A DNA stretch of 64,000 nucleotides from an uncultured delta proteobacterium (lineage in GTDB: Bacteria; Desulfobacterota; WTBG01; CAIYCZ01; CAIRTM01): the NCBI GenBank assembly GCA_963723235.1, contig CAVRPV010000017.1, positions 17,084 through 81,083 on the forward strand, written 5' to 3'. Positions 1-10,690 of the stretch are shown here, one piece after another. The position numbers were made by a program, and so were the translations under genes. The stretch's first letter is position 1; every line of letters begins with the position of its first letter. Under the pieces are notes generated by a model. The model worked only from the letters and a program-made list of their open reading frames with translations. It did not search any database and was not told the origin of the DNA.

Positions 1-500
1 ACAAGCCTGTAGTGACTGTTATTCTAATCAACAAAAATGAAACCGAAATTGTGGTGGAACTGCCCGTCGGTACGCCCCAATCGTAAACGGCCAATCATCC
101 TGTACGGCCTGCTGATGCGACCCAATCAGCACTAAGCCGGACAGCCAACCCCTCTGCCTGCTGCGCTCCGCATGCAGGCGCCCCTACCACGAGCAATACG
201 AAACCTATCCTGCCGCCGAAACCAGGACACCATACACTAAGAAAATACTATCCTGCAAACACCAGAACAAAGAATCACAACGCCGAAAAACGTCAACGTG
301 ATGAAGAGTGCGGTGTCAAAGCATTCTCACAACCACAGATTTTCGATGAAGCCGGAGCCGCCGGTGTGAACTGCCCGGGTTTCGAACAATAAAACAAAAC
401 ACTGTGTGTGGATGAAGCGGAGCGAGTGGGTGGGTTGAAGTAGGGCGCGTACGCTTGATGCCCTTGCGCAACAGGCAGCTATGCACTTTCAAATTGCGCT

Positions 501-2141
501 CTAGCCCTTAAAAATATCGACAATTTTTCTGAATATTGATTTCTTCGGCACTCCGTAGTCTGCTGATATCGGAGGTTTACTCTGCCCCGCAGGGCCTTGA
601 GTCCGCGCACTGGTTTGTGCGGCAGATTTCCCGCGAATGGGGCGTTTTTTTCGCTTGGAGGGTTGCGCAGGCTGCCTGGCTGGGGTGCTCGTCTGTTTGG
701 CCGGAGTGCTCGTCTGCTTAGCAGAAGTGCTCACCTTATCAGACGGTGTAAACGACTCGCCATATTTACTGCGATAATGGGCCAGCCGCTCCTGCTCGTT
801 CATCTCGCTAAGGCTTTTACCGTTTTTGCTGTCTGTGCGTACACGCTGCGGAGCGGCCGCAGGGGCCCGACGCTCAGCGGATCCTCCGGTCGAGCGGGTT
901 CTTGCAGAGTCCCCGGTGCTTGTGCGCCCTTTGCGCCCGTCAGAACGGGAGCGGGTATCACGACGCGGTGAGCGCTCAATGTTGAGCCGCTGACCGGCGC
1001 TCTTATCCTCAACAAACAATTCACTCTCAGGCGACATGATCGGCAGTTTTCCCTTGATGTAGGTCTCAATCGCCTCCAGTCCGTACACAAAACGATCGCA
1101 GGCGAGCGATATGGCCTTGCCGGTTTTACCGGCGCGCGCGGTGCGGCCGATGCGATGCACATAACTCTCGGGATCAGAGGGCAGATCATAATTGACCACC
1201 ATGCTCAGATCGTCGATATGCAGACCGCGCGCAGCAACGTCGGTTGCTACCAGAAAGCGGATTTCTTTGTTCTTAACGCCCTCAATGACTTTCAGCCGTT
1301 GCTGCTGCGGCAGGTCTCCCATAATGTATTCACAGGGATATCCGTTAAGCTCAAGCCGCTTGGCTACTTCAACCGCCATGTGCTTGGTGTTGGTGAATAT
1401 AAGCGCGTTCTCGGGCATATCGCGCTGCAGCAGCCCCAGCAGCAGGCTCATTTTCTCATCGGATCCTACATGGTAGAGTTCATGGGTGACACCGTCAACC
1501 GTCACCTGCTCCGACTGGATTTCTATCTCAGCCGGATTATTCATGTATTCCCAGGCGAGCTCGCGAACGCGATAATCAAGCGTCGCGCTGTACAGCATGG
1601 TCATGCGCTGTTCGCGGGGCGGCATCTTTTTCAAAATCCGGCGCAGATCCGGCAGAAAGCCCATGTCAAACAGACGGTCAGCCTCGTCAATCACCAGCAT
1701 GTTGATTTCATGAAGATTGATTTTGCCCTGCTGATTAAAATCAATCAACCGTCCCGGAGTGCCGATAAAAATGTCCAGACCGGCCTGCAGCATTTTTTCC
1801 TGCTTGGCGTAGGGCACGCCGCCGTAAAAACAACCTATGCGTACATCAAGGTAGCGCCCGAGAAGATTAGCTTCGGTTTCAATCTGCACGGCCAGTTCGC
1901 GGGTAGGCGCAATGATAAGCGCCTTGGACCGATGCCCCGGTTCCTCATGTGCCATCCGTTGAAAAATGGTTACCAGGAAGGCGGCTGTTTTGCCCGTGCC
2001 GGTCTGGGACTGCACAAACACGTCGCGCCCCTCAAGCGAATGGACGAACGTCTCGGTCTGGACCGGCATGCAGTGCGAAAAACCGGCCTCAACAATACCT
2101 TGAAGCAACTTTTCGTGGAGCTGAAGTGTGGTGAATTGCAA
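501..2141 (-). CDS. DEAD-box ATP-dependent RNA helicase (RhlE/DeaD-like) with a basic low-complexity C-terminal tail
   Basis: 546-aa ORF with 'SQTGTGKTAAF' (Walker A), 'PTRELA', 'DEADRLFD', 'SAT' and 'HRIGRTARAG'. The C-terminus is rich in Arg/Ser/Lys/Thr. Confidence 0.93.
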   Translation of the reverse strand: MQFTTLQLHEKLLQGIVEAGFSHCMPVQTETFVHSLEGRDVFVQSQTGTGKTAAFLVTIFQRMAHEEPGHRSKALIIAPTRELAVQIETEANLLGRYLDVRIGCFYGGVPYAKQEKMLQAGLDIFIGTPGRLIDFNQQGKINLHEINMLVIDEADRLFDMGFLPDLRRILKKMPPREQRMTMLYSATLDYRVRELAWEYMNNPAEIEIQSEQVTVDGVTHELYHVGSDEKMSLLLGLLQRDMPENALIFTNTKHMAVEVAKRLELNGYPCEYIMGDLPQQQRLKVIEGVKNKEIRFLVATDVAARGLHIDDLSMVVNYDLPSDPESYVHRIGRTARAGKTGKAISLACDRFVYGLEAIETYIKGKLPIMSPESELFVEDKSAGQRLNIERSPRRDTRSRSDGRKGRTSTGDSARTRSTGGSAERRAPAAAPQRVRTDSKNGKSLSEMNEQERLAHYRSKYGESFTPSDKVSTSAKQTSTPAKQTSTPARQPAQPSKRKKRPIRGKSAAQTSARTQGPAGQSKPPISADYGVPKKSIFRKIVDIFKG

Positions 2142-2476
2142 CGTGTGGTCTCTTTTCAGTAGCGAGGGAGCAGCATCAGTTCTCAGTACCCGTCCGCCGG
2201 GATATGATACCTGACGTTAAAATGCGCTGTAAATATCTGCTGTTCGTCAATACTATAAAATTGTTTACCCTGTGCGGAAACCTTCTCTCTTTGTGCCCTT
2301 TACTTTCGGAACACTATATAGCATATCCTGCTGAAATACAAACATTAAATAGTTGTGGCCTGCCTGCTTGTTCTCGATCTAAAAATATCGTATAGTGGGG
2401 ATGAGAATACAATGCGCGACCAATGTGCGGTTTGTACATTGACTGAACGTGAAACCCCTGCAAATATAAGCTGATT

Positions 2477-4573
2477 ATGGAACACACATCGCAGCACACC
2501 GGAAAGAATGAAACCATCCGCCTGCTCAGCACGAGCCAAAGTGCGGGCCATATCAAGCCGGAGACCTGCGCCAATGCCAGCGCCTGGCTGGCTGATTCGT
2601 TTGCCGGCGTTGCAATCGAGGGCGAAAAGGTCGGCGCCTATATCACCCGGCTTGTGCAGGCCCAGGACTGGCAAACGCTCAATGACTGTTTTTTTAAAGT
2701 TAATAAATTCGGGACAGCAGGCGTGCGCGGACGTCTTGCAATCGGAACAGCGCATTTCAACACGATCGTACTTGGCCTGGGGGTTGAGGCGCATGCGCGC
2801 TATATTATTGAGGCCTATGCACGCAACGGCCTTGCGTTAGAGCGCGAAAAGGCCGTTATTCTGGCCTATGATTCCCGACGCGGGTCCTATGATCCCGCAA
2901 GCGGCGGCCCGGGCTTTCTGGTGCGGGAGGCTGCTGAAATTTATGCCGCACATGGCATCAGGGTATACCTGTTCGACACGGTGGCCCCCACGCCGGAACT
3001 GTCCTTTGCCGTGACGGAATGCGGTGACATACGCCCCTATGCCGGGGGCGTGTTCACCGCGTCGCACAACCCGGCATCGGATAACGGCTTTAAGCCCTAT
3101 GACTTTTACGGCGGTCAGGTGGTTCATGGACGCGTTCAGGAAATAGCCGACACCATCCGCGATTACGCCCAGGTACAGCGCACGGATTATGACGACGCGC
3201 GCGCACGCGGCCTGATCATGACAGTCGGCCCGGGCATTGATAGGGCCTACATTGCTAAAGAAAATCAACTGGCAATCTGGGTGGATTCACACGGGCATTT
3301 CCTGCCCGGGAAAATCACTACCGATCTGCGCGTGGTTTTCTCCGCACTGAACGGAACATCCCAGCGCCTTGTGCCGGCAGTGCTTGCGCGCCGGGGATTT
3401 GACATTAAACACAACCTGCTGCCGGTGACCGAACAATGCCGGCCCGACGGTCTGTTTGCGACCTGCCCCAGGCCTAACCCGGAAGAAAAGCAGGCTCTCA
3501 ACGAAGCGGTCACTCTGGCCATTCGCGAGAAAGCCGACATGCTTGTGGCGACCGATCCGGACGGCGACCGCCTTGGCGTAGGCGTACGCCTGACAGAAAC
3601 ACAGCTGTGTACCTGCGCAGAAGATCCGGCTGTGCAGGACGGCTATTATCTTTTAAGCGGGAATCAACAACTGGTTCTGCTTACTGATTATATTTTGAGC
3701 CAGCTTACAGAGCGCGACGGCGCTCTGCCGCGCAACAGCCTGATTTCAAAAACGCTCGTTTCCACCGATCTTGCCAAAACAATCGCGGATGCCTACGGCG
3801 TTATCACCGTCGAGCCGCATGTCGGCTTCAAATACATCGGGGAGAAAATTGATCTCTATGCCCGCGCCGCATGTGACGCTGCCCGCGCGGATGCTTCAAC
3901 GAACAATGCACCTGACTACCGGGAACTGTCCCGTTGCGACCGGGTACGCCTGCTTGAGCGCTCTTCACTGTGCGTACTGTTCGGCGGTGAGGAATCCTAC
4001 GGATCACTCATCGGTGATTATGTCAAAGACAAGGATGCTGTCAGCGTAACCGCCATGTTCGTAGAGATGGCCGGGTTCTGGAAAAAACAGGGCCGCAACC
4101 TTCTTGAGCGTCTTGAGGAGATCGGACGGCTGTACGGCTATGCCCGCGAAGAAACGATCTCAATCAGTTACAGCGGTTCGACCGGCAGCGATGCAATTGC
4201 CGCGATCATGGCCGATTTCAGGCACAACACGCCTGCAGAAATCGCAGGCCGCCCTGTCATCGCGGCGCTTGATTACCGTGCACCCGGACCCGGCAAAACC
4301 CGCAAGGCCCTGCGCCCGGACGGCAGCATTGTGTTTGAAGATACGGAGCCGACCGATCCTCAGGCGCATACCGGCTACTTCCCTGTCAAGGGCATTGACG
4401 TTCCCATGTTCTGGCATGCCGATTACCGCATCATCGGTTCCAGCTCCCGGCTTCCGGAAGCAGACATGCTGATGTATGTACTTGAAGATGGATCGAAAAT
4501 TGTTGTCAGGCCTTCCGGCACAGAGCCGAAAATCAAACTGTACGTTCTGGCCAGGGGCACACACGGTCACTGA
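2477..4573 (+). CDS. Phosphoglucomutase/phosphomannomutase family (alpha-D-phosphohexomutase)
   Basis: 698-aa ORF with the phosphoserine loop 'TASHNP', metal loop 'DPDGDR' and sugar loop 'GGEESYG'. Confidence 0.88.
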   Translation: MEHTSQHTGKNETIRLLSTSQSAGHIKPETCANASAWLADSFAGVAIEGEKVGAYITRLVQAQDWQTLNDCFFKVNKFGTAGVRGRLAIGTAHFNTIVLGLGVEAHARYIIEAYARNGLALEREKAVILAYDSRRGSYDPASGGPGFLVREAAEIYAAHGIRVYLFDTVAPTPELSFAVTECGDIRPYAGGVFTASHNPASDNGFKPYDFYGGQVVHGRVQEIADTIRDYAQVQRTDYDDARARGLIMTVGPGIDRAYIAKENQLAIWVDSHGHFLPGKITTDLRVVFSALNGTSQRLVPAVLARRGFDIKHNLLPVTEQCRPDGLFATCPRPNPEEKQALNEAVTLAIREKADMLVATDPDGDRLGVGVRLTETQLCTCAEDPAVQDGYYLLSGNQQLVLLTDYILSQLTERDGALPRNSLISKTLVSTDLAKTIADAYGVITVEPHVGFKYIGEKIDLYARAACDAARADASTNNAPDYRELSRCDRVRLLERSSLCVLFGGEESYGSLIGDYVKDKDAVSVTAMFVEMAGFWKKQGRNLLERLEEIGRLYGYAREETISISYSGSTGSDAIAAIMADFRHNTPAEIAGRPVIAALDYRAPGPGKTRKALRPDGSIVFEDTEPTDPQAHTGYFPVKGIDVPMFWHADYRIIGSSSRLPEADMLMYVLEDGSKIVVRPSGTEPKIKLYVLARGTHGH

Positions 4574-4698
4574 GCGCGCGGACGCGGAAGATAAACGACG
4601 GGTTAATGATTTTTTTCTGCAGGCCCGCCGCGAGCTTACCTCACGCCTTGATGCTGTTGCCCGACCGGTCCTTTCATCCGCTTCTACACGCACCTAAC

Positions 4699-4870
4699 AG
4701 GCTGTTGAAAAAGTCTTTTTACACAGGCTGTTCAAAAACGCACAGATGCAAGATGAGCGCTGTCTGTGACACCTGCTTGCAGGCAATCATGAGGAATGAG
4801 GCGTACTTTTCGTACGCCGCAGTGACAAATGATGAGCTCAACGCAGCAGATGGGCGTTTTTCAACAGCCT
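4699..4870 (+). repeat. REP/MITE-like element, family R, copy 1. Termini are AGGCTGTTCAAAAA...TTTTTCAACAGCCT, with an extra half-site at 4699-4713.
   Basis: Inverted termini at 4725-4740 and 4855-4870. It shares the core GGCGTAC-N-GTACGCCGCAGTGACnAATGATGAG with copies at 16104, 53542 and 59037. Confidence 0.75.
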
Positions 4871-4947
4871 GATAAACACTCAGCCCCCGGAGACACACCG
4901 CACCTGGTTCCCCATGCGTGTCGGCTCCGCAGACAGGAGATCCTTCA

Positions 4948-5341
4948 ATGCTGATACGCTGTCTTGAAGACTGCGCCGAATTTACAGCCGGGGACCATAC
5001 CCGTTTAAGAGAATTACTGCATCCTGAACGGCAGCAGGCAGCAATCCGCTACAGCCTTGCACATGCGCTTTTGGCACCCGGCGAATCATCGACAAAACAT
5101 TGCCTGAAACAGCAGCGAAGTATATTATATCCTCTCAGGCCGTGGACGGATGAGAATTGATAATGAGCAATGCGAGGTAGCACCGGGTGCGGCTGTGTAC
5201 ATTCCCCCGAATACCGTACAGTCGATTGAAAATATTGGCAGCGAACCGCTTGCCTTTTTATGCATTGTTGACCCGGCCTGGCAACCTGAAAATGAAATCG
5301 TTCTGGAGAAAGCCTCAAGCAATCAGGGAAGAACGTTATGA
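4948..5341 (+). pseudogene. Cupin-domain protein, interrupted by an apparent +1 frameshift near 5105-5117
   Basis: AGGAGA lies 7-12 nt before the ATG at 4948. Frame 1 reads '...GESSTKHCLKQQ'. Frame 2 continues 'SSEVYYILSGRGRMRIDNEQCEVAPGAAVYIPPNTVQSIENIGSEPLAFLCIV', the cupin beta-barrel core. Span is 394 nt (3n+1). Confidence 0.75.
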
Positions 5342-5396
5342 AAGAAAATCCTGACAACCCTCGGCCACACAACGGGACCCCGCGCTCCTGACGACC

Positions 5397-6779
5397 ATGC
5401 GCAACACAATTGAGCGCTACATGATGTTTGCGGCCGGCGACCATGTGGTGGTCGCGGTTTCCGGCGGTGCTGATTCGATTGCCCTGCTGCATGCCCTGTA
5501 CGAGATAAAGGATGAGCTGGAACTGCGCCTGACCGTTGCACATCTCAACCATGGCCTGCGCGGGGAAGCGGCCCAAAGGGAATCAGATTTTGTGCAAAAA
5601 ATAGCGCACACGCTTGCGGTGCCGTGCATATGCGAACTGAGGGATGTGCGCGCTGACAAACACACAACGGGTGAGTGCCTGCAGGAAGCGGCCCGCACTG
5701 TTCGCTATTGCTTTTTCACTGACGTGCTTGAGCGCTGTCATGCGCAGAAACTTGCCCTGGGGCACACCATGGATGACCAGGCCGAAACCGTGCTTATCCG
5801 TCTGCTGCGCGGTGCTTCAACCCGTGGCCTGGGCGGCATACCGCCCGTGCGCAGCGGCACGATTGTGCGTCCTCTTATTAATGTGCGCCGCTCGTCAATT
5901 GAGCATTTCTTACAAGAACGCGGCATTGCATTTGTGCCCGATACGTCTGCTGATGAGCCGCAGTACCTGCGCAACAAAATACGCCATGAACTGTTGCCCC
6001 TGCTCACCCGGCAGTATAATCCCCGCGTGGTGGAGGCGCTCTGCACAACCGCTGCCCTGGCCCGCGACGATGAAGAACTCCTGCAGGAAGCGGCCGCACG
6101 CGTTGCCGATGAAGCGCTGCTGCCCGGAGACGGCTGCGTGCGCATCCCGATCAGCCTTCTTAAGGGCCATCCGCGCCTGGCCGGACGAATCGTTCGACGC
6201 GCACTTGAACTGCTGTGCGGGTCCTGCCGCGGACTGACATCCGTGCATGCGGATGCCGTGCTGTCACTATGCGGCTGTCAGGGCTCAAACAAAAAGATCT
6301 CCATTCCCGGCGGCATTATCGTGCGACGTGAATACAACGAACTGGTCATGGGTCCCGCATGCAGCCCTGCGGCTTTTCATATACTGGTTGATCAATTGCC
6401 GGCCGATATCCTGCTGCCGCAGAGTAACGCCCGGGTGCGCATACAGAAACTTGCCCGTAACGATGTTGCCGCGTTGCAGCGCACGGCTGCCTCTGATACA
6501 GTACACTTGGCCGCAGAGAGCATGAGCCTGCCGATTGTCATCCGTTCATGGAAACCCGGTGATCGCATCCACCCGTTCGGTTTTAATGCCGAGAAAAAGG
6601 TCAAAGCTGTTTTTGCCGAAGAGAAAATTCCCGTACGCCTGCGCGAATGCATCCCCCTGATTGAATCCGGCGGCCGGATTGTAAGCGTGGGCACCCTGCG
6701 CATGGCCGAGCACTGCCGCGTTACTCCATCCTGCCGCGAGGTAATTGCTGTTACAGTCACCGGCACCGACACACGCTGA
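5397..6779 (+). CDS. tilS: tRNA(Ile)-lysidine synthetase
   Basis: 460-aa ORF with the PP-loop 'AVSGGADSIALL'. Its position directly upstream of ftsH is typical. Confidence 0.9.
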   Translation: MRNTIERYMMFAAGDHVVVAVSGGADSIALLHALYEIKDELELRLTVAHLNHGLRGEAAQRESDFVQKIAHTLAVPCICELRDVRADKHTTGECLQEAARTVRYCFFTDVLERCHAQKLALGHTMDDQAETVLIRLLRGASTRGLGGIPPVRSGTIVRPLINVRRSSIEHFLQERGIAFVPDTSADEPQYLRNKIRHELLPLLTRQYNPRVVEALCTTAALARDDEELLQEAAARVADEALLPGDGCVRIPISLLKGHPRLAGRIVRRALELLCGSCRGLTSVHADAVLSLCGCQGSNKKISIPGGIIVRREYNELVMGPACSPAAFHILVDQLPADILLPQSNARVRIQKLARNDVAALQRTAASDTVHLAAESMSLPIVIRSWKPGDRIHPFGFNAEKKVKAVFAEEKIPVRLRECIPLIESGGRIVSVGTLRMAEHCRVTPSCREVIAVTVTGTDTR

Positions 6780-6905
6780 AGGGCTGCAGGGCTTAATTTT
6801 CCGGCACGCACGCTTTTACGGTTGTGAGGAGTACAGCGTTGTGATATAGTTTAACATTAAACACTGAACACTCACTCACTGCCGAAAAGGGTCTCTATCG
6901 CAGCT

Positions 6906-8828
6906 ATGAATCCAACCTACAAAAATCTGGCCATCTGGCTTACGCTCGTACTCGTAATCGTACTGCTGTTCAATCTGTTTAATCAGCCGATTGCCCAAAG
7001 TAAAAAAATACTCTACAGCGAGTTTAAAATCGCCGCTGATCAGGGCAGCGTCCGGAAAGCGGTTCTGCAGGGCAATACCATTCAAGGCGAATTCACAAAC
7101 GGTGAAGAATTCAGTGTCAATTCCATCAATGATTCCGAACTGATTCGCGAGCTGATCGCCAAAGGCGTTGTCGTTGATATCAAGCCCGATGAGCAGCAGT
7201 CATGGCTGATGCAGATAATTATCGGCTGGTTCCCGATGCTGCTGCTGATTGGCGTATGGATATTTTTTATGCGGCAGATGCAGGGCGGCGGCGGCAAGGC
7301 CATGTCGTTCGGCAAAAGCCGGGCACGCCTGCTCAATGAGAACCAGCAGAGAATAACCTTTGAGGACGTTGCCGGCATTGACGAAGCAAAACATGAAGTT
7401 GAAGAGATTATCGACTTTTTGAAGGACCCCAAAAAATTCACGCGCCTGGGAGGCAAAATCCCCAAGGGCGCTATCCTGATCGGATCTCCCGGCACCGGTA
7501 AAACCCTGCTGGCCCGCGCCATAGCCGGTGAGGCTGAAGTTCCATTTTTCAGTATCAGCGGTTCTGATTTTGTAGAAATGTTTGTTGGCGTAGGAGCCGC
7601 GCGCGTGCGCGATCTATTCATTCAAGGCAAGAAAAATGCGCCCTGCATCATCTTCGTTGATGAAATCGACGCGGTCGGACGGCATCGCGGCGCCGGCCTT
7701 GGCGGCGGTCATGACGAGCGCGAACAGACACTCAATCAGCTGCTGGTTGAAATGGACGGTTTTGAGTCAAACGAAGGCGTTATTATCGTGGCCGCCACCA
7801 ACCGCCCCGATGTTCTTGATCCGGCCCTGCTGCGGCCCGGCCGCTTTGACCGCCGCATCGTAGTGCCGCTGCCGGACGTGCGTGGCAGGCAGGGAATTTT
7901 AAAGGTCCACGCCAGCAAAACACCCCTGAGCGCGGATGTTGATCTGCAGGTAATTGCACGCGGAACCCCGGGGTTCTGCGGTGCCGACCTGGCTAATCTT
8001 GTCAATGAGGCCGCGCTGCTGGCAGCCCGTGAGAACCAGGATTCCCTTGCCATGCGGCACTTTGACATGGCAAAAGATAAGGTGCTCATGGGTGCTGAAC
8101 GCAGAAGCATGATCATCAGCCAGCAGGAGAAAAAACTGACCGCCTACCATGAGGCCGGACACACTCTGGTTGCAAGAAAACTGCCGGGAACAGATCCAAT
8201 TCATAAAGTTACGATCATTCCGCGCGGCATGGCCCTGGGACTAACCCAGCAGCTGCCGATTGATGAAAAACATACCTATGCCCGCGATTTTCTCAATAAC
8301 AACATCGCGATTTTGCTGGGCGGGAGGGTTGCCGAGGAAATTATTTTCAATGAAGTCACCACCGGCGCCGGCAACGATATTGAACGCGCCACTGATCTTG
8401 CCCGCAAAATGGTTTGCAACTGGGGCATGAGCGACAAGCTTGGACCCCTCTCCTACGGCAAAAAGGAAGAACAGATTTTCCTTGGCCGTGAAATCGCGCA
8501 GCATCGCGATTACAGTGAAGCCACCGCGGTCGCCATCGATGCGGAAGTCAAAAGCATTGTTGATGAAAATCATGCCAGAGTTACTGAGCTTCTGAGCGGT
8601 TGCCGGGAATTGCTTGTGGTTCTGGCTGAAAAGCTCCTGGAGCGCGAATCCCTGGATGCCGATGAAATTGATCTGGTCTTGAACGGCGAGGAACTTCCAC
8701 CGGTCAAAATCAACGGGTCCGGCACTGCTGTGAAAGCTGCTGCCGGCACACAGACGGAAGGCGGCAATACTCCTGCGGACGCTGCTGAAAACACCGCAGG
8801 GAAAAAGAGTGCTGAGCAGCCACTGTAA
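6906..8828 (+). CDS. ftsH: ATP-dependent zinc metalloprotease FtsH
   Basis: 640 aa with an N-terminal TM segment, '[13 protein letters not shown]', 'IIFVDEIDA' and the zinc motif 'HEAGH'. Confidence 0.97.
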   Translation: MNPTYKNLAIWLTLVLVIVLLFNLFNQPIAQSKKILYSEFKIAADQGSVRKAVLQGNTIQGEFTNGEEFSVNSINDSELIRELIAKGVVVDIKPDEQQSWLMQIIIGWFPMLLLIGVWIFFMRQMQGGGGKAMSFGKSRARLLNENQQRITFEDVAGIDEAKHEVEEIIDFLKDPKKFTRLGGKIPKGAILIGSPGTGKTLLARAIAGEAEVPFFSISGSDFVEMFVGVGAARVRDLFIQGKKNAPCIIFVDEIDAVGRHRGAGLGGGHDEREQTLNQLLVEMDGFESNEGVIIVAATNRPDVLDPALLRPGRFDRRIVVPLPDVRGRQGILKVHASKTPLSADVDLQVIARGTPGFCGADLANLVNEAALLAARENQDSLAMRHFDMAKDKVLMGAERRSMIISQQEKKLTAYHEAGHTLVARKLPGTDPIHKVTIIPRGMALGLTQQLPIDEKHTYARDFLNNNIAILLGGRVAEEIIFNEVTTGAGNDIERATDLARKMVCNWGMSDKLGPLSYGKKEEQIFLGREIAQHRDYSEATAVAIDAEVKSIVDENHARVTELLSGCRELLVVLAEKLLERESLDADEIDLVLNGEELPPVKINGSGTAVKAAAGTQTEGGNTPADAAENTAGKKSAEQPL

Positions 8829-8911
8829 CCCTGCGTAGGCTGCTCCTGCAGCATGAATCGGCATTGACGGACGCTTTGCACACGTAATCGCCCAACAGCG
8901 CAGATGCCGCA

Positions 8912-9778
8912 ATGAACCCTTCGAAGACTCTCACGCATTCGCTTACCTGCAACGCGCATGTTTTTGATCTGAACGCGCGACCCTGCCTGATGGGCATTCT
9001 GAACGTTACACCTGATTCATTTTCCGATGGCGGTCTCTATTTGGATCAGCGGCTGGCAATTGAACACGGCCTTAACCTGGCGGCCCAGGGCGCCGATATC
9101 ATAGACGTAGGCGGTGAATCCACACGGCCGGGCAGCCGGCCTGTTGAGGCTGACGAGGAACTGCGCCGCGTTCTGCCGGTAGTGCGGGAACTCGCCGGGC
9201 GCGCCGGTCTTGCGGTTTCAATCGATACCATGAAAGCCGCTGTTGCCCGCCGGGCACTTGAGGCCGGAGCGTGCATGGTTAATGATGTCAGCGCTCTGAA
9301 AGACCCCGACATGGCAGCGGTTGTTGCAGATGCGGGTGTGCCGGTCGTGCTGATGCATATGTCTGCGCTGCCGGGCGAAATGCAGCAGCATACCGCCTAT
9401 GATGATATTATCGCCGATATCCGCCGCTTTCTTGAAGCACGCATTGCCGCAGCCGTCGCTTCCGGCATCGCACCACACAATATTGTTATTGACCCCGGCA
9501 TCGGATTCGGCAAGTCGCTTGACGAGGGCAACTTTACGCTTCTGGCCCGTTTGCGCGAATTCGCCTCGCTGGGGCATCCGATACTTATTGGTGCCTCGCG
9601 CAAGGCTTTTATCGGAAAAATTGTTGGCGACAACACGCACGCGCGGGACGCGGGCACTGCCGCAGCGGTTACTGCGGCAGTGCTGGGCGGTGCCCATATC
9701 ATACGGGCACACAATGTAGCCATGATGCGCGCGGTCGCACTTGTCGCGTACAGGATCGCCCGCTTTCAGAGCAGCTGA
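8912..9778 (+). CDS. folP: Dihydropteroate synthase
   Basis: 'GILNVTPDSFSDGG' and 'DVGGESTRPG'. Synteny ftsH-folP is typical. Confidence 0.93.
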   Translation: MNPSKTLTHSLTCNAHVFDLNARPCLMGILNVTPDSFSDGGLYLDQRLAIEHGLNLAAQGADIIDVGGESTRPGSRPVEADEELRRVLPVVRELAGRAGLAVSIDTMKAAVARRALEAGACMVNDVSALKDPDMAAVVADAGVPVVLMHMSALPGEMQQHTAYDDIIADIRRFLEARIAAAVASGIAPHNIVIDPGIGFGKSLDEGNFTLLARLREFASLGHPILIGASRKAFIGKIVGDNTHARDAGTAAAVTAAVLGGAHIIRAHNVAMMRAVALVAYRIARFQSS

Positions 9779-9899
9779 GAAATTTTCAAAATAATGCCTT
9801 GAAACAGGACCGTTTAAAAATGCCAGAAATACAGAATGGGCGCAATGCGGACGATTGGCATTTTCCAACTCTCCGCTCACCCTCGGAAAGGAATTCGCC

Positions 9900-10616
9900 A
9901 TGCATACTCTCGCGGTTAATGTCGACCATGTTGCAACCGTGCGGCAGGCACGCCTGATCAATGAACCGGACCCGGTTATTGCTGCCGCGCTTGCCGAGCT
10001 GGCAGGCTGCCATGCTATCATTGTGCATCTGCGCGAGGATCGCCGCCATATTCAGGATCGCGACGTTGAGGTTCTCAAGCGCACGGTCAAAACACGGCTC
10101 AACCTTGAAATGGCTGCAACCGATGCCATGATCGCTATTGCCTGCCGTATCCGTCCGCACATGGCCTGCCTGGTTCCTGAAAAACGCGAAGAGCTCACAA
10201 CCGAGGGCGGTCTGGATGTTGCCGGCCAGGCAGCACATATGCGCCGCAGCGTAAAAACCCTGCAGGAAGCCGGATGCATGGTCAGCCTGTTCATTGATGC
10301 CGCTCCGGATCAAATCAAGGCAGCCTGCGACAGCGGTGCCGAGTTTATCGAAATCCATACCGGTCATTACGCTGATGCGAAGCTTTCATCAGACATCGAC
10401 CGCGAGTTCAACACGATTGTTGAAGCAATCGAACAGGCTCGTACGCTTGGCCTGCGCGTCAATGCCGGTCACGGGCTCAATTATCACAATACCCAGCGAC
10501 TAGTGCCGATTGCGGCAATTGAGGAGTTCAGTATCGGGCACAGCATTATCGCGCGGGCCGTGCTGGTCGGAATCGAGCGCGCCGTTCGCGAAATGCTCGA
10601 CATCATTCGAGGATAA
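9900..10616 (+). CDS. pdxJ: Pyridoxine 5'-phosphate synthase
   Basis: 'LAVNVDHVATVRQAR', 'HLREDRRHI', 'EIHTG' and 'NAGHGL'. GGAAAGGA RBS lies before the ATG at 9900; the ORF is open from 9855. Confidence 0.92.
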   Translation: MHTLAVNVDHVATVRQARLINEPDPVIAAALAELAGCHAIIVHLREDRRHIQDRDVEVLKRTVKTRLNLEMAATDAMIAIACRIRPHMACLVPEKREELTTEGGLDVAGQAAHMRRSVKTLQEAGCMVSLFIDAAPDQIKAACDSGAEFIEIHTGHYADAKLSSDIDREFNTIVEAIEQARTLGLRVNAGHGLNYHNTQRLVPIAAIEEFSIGHSIIARAVLVGIERAVREMLDIIRG

Positions 10617-10690
10617 CACACAAGAACAGTCTTCGCAGCGAAAGCTGAACGCTTTCAGCCTTCCGGCTGCACGCAAAGGAGGATCATGGC

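Noticed and set aside
3-86. Possible 3' end of a plus-strand gene running in from the left edge ('KPVVTVILINKNETEIVVELPVGTPQS*').
   Set aside because: Only 27 codons are visible and they contain no motif, so this cannot be distinguished from chance.
336-352. tRNA-like T-arm ('CCCGGGTTTCGAACA').
   Set aside because: It does not match GGTTCGAATCC closely, and no acceptor, D or anticodon stems can be built around it. No tRNA was found anywhere in the window.
1155-2162. Long antisense ORFs opposite clear genes. Examples are 1155-2162, 11207-12142, 27488-28087, 35891-36883, 38304-39056, 39622-40293, 52651-53325, 53801-54652, 55928-56851, 59852-61009 and 63351-63893.
   Set aside because: These are shadow ORFs typical of high-GC DNA. 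Their translations are low-complexity (Arg/Ala/Gly/His-rich) with no recognisable motifs, and each overlaps a gene with strong motifs on the other strand.
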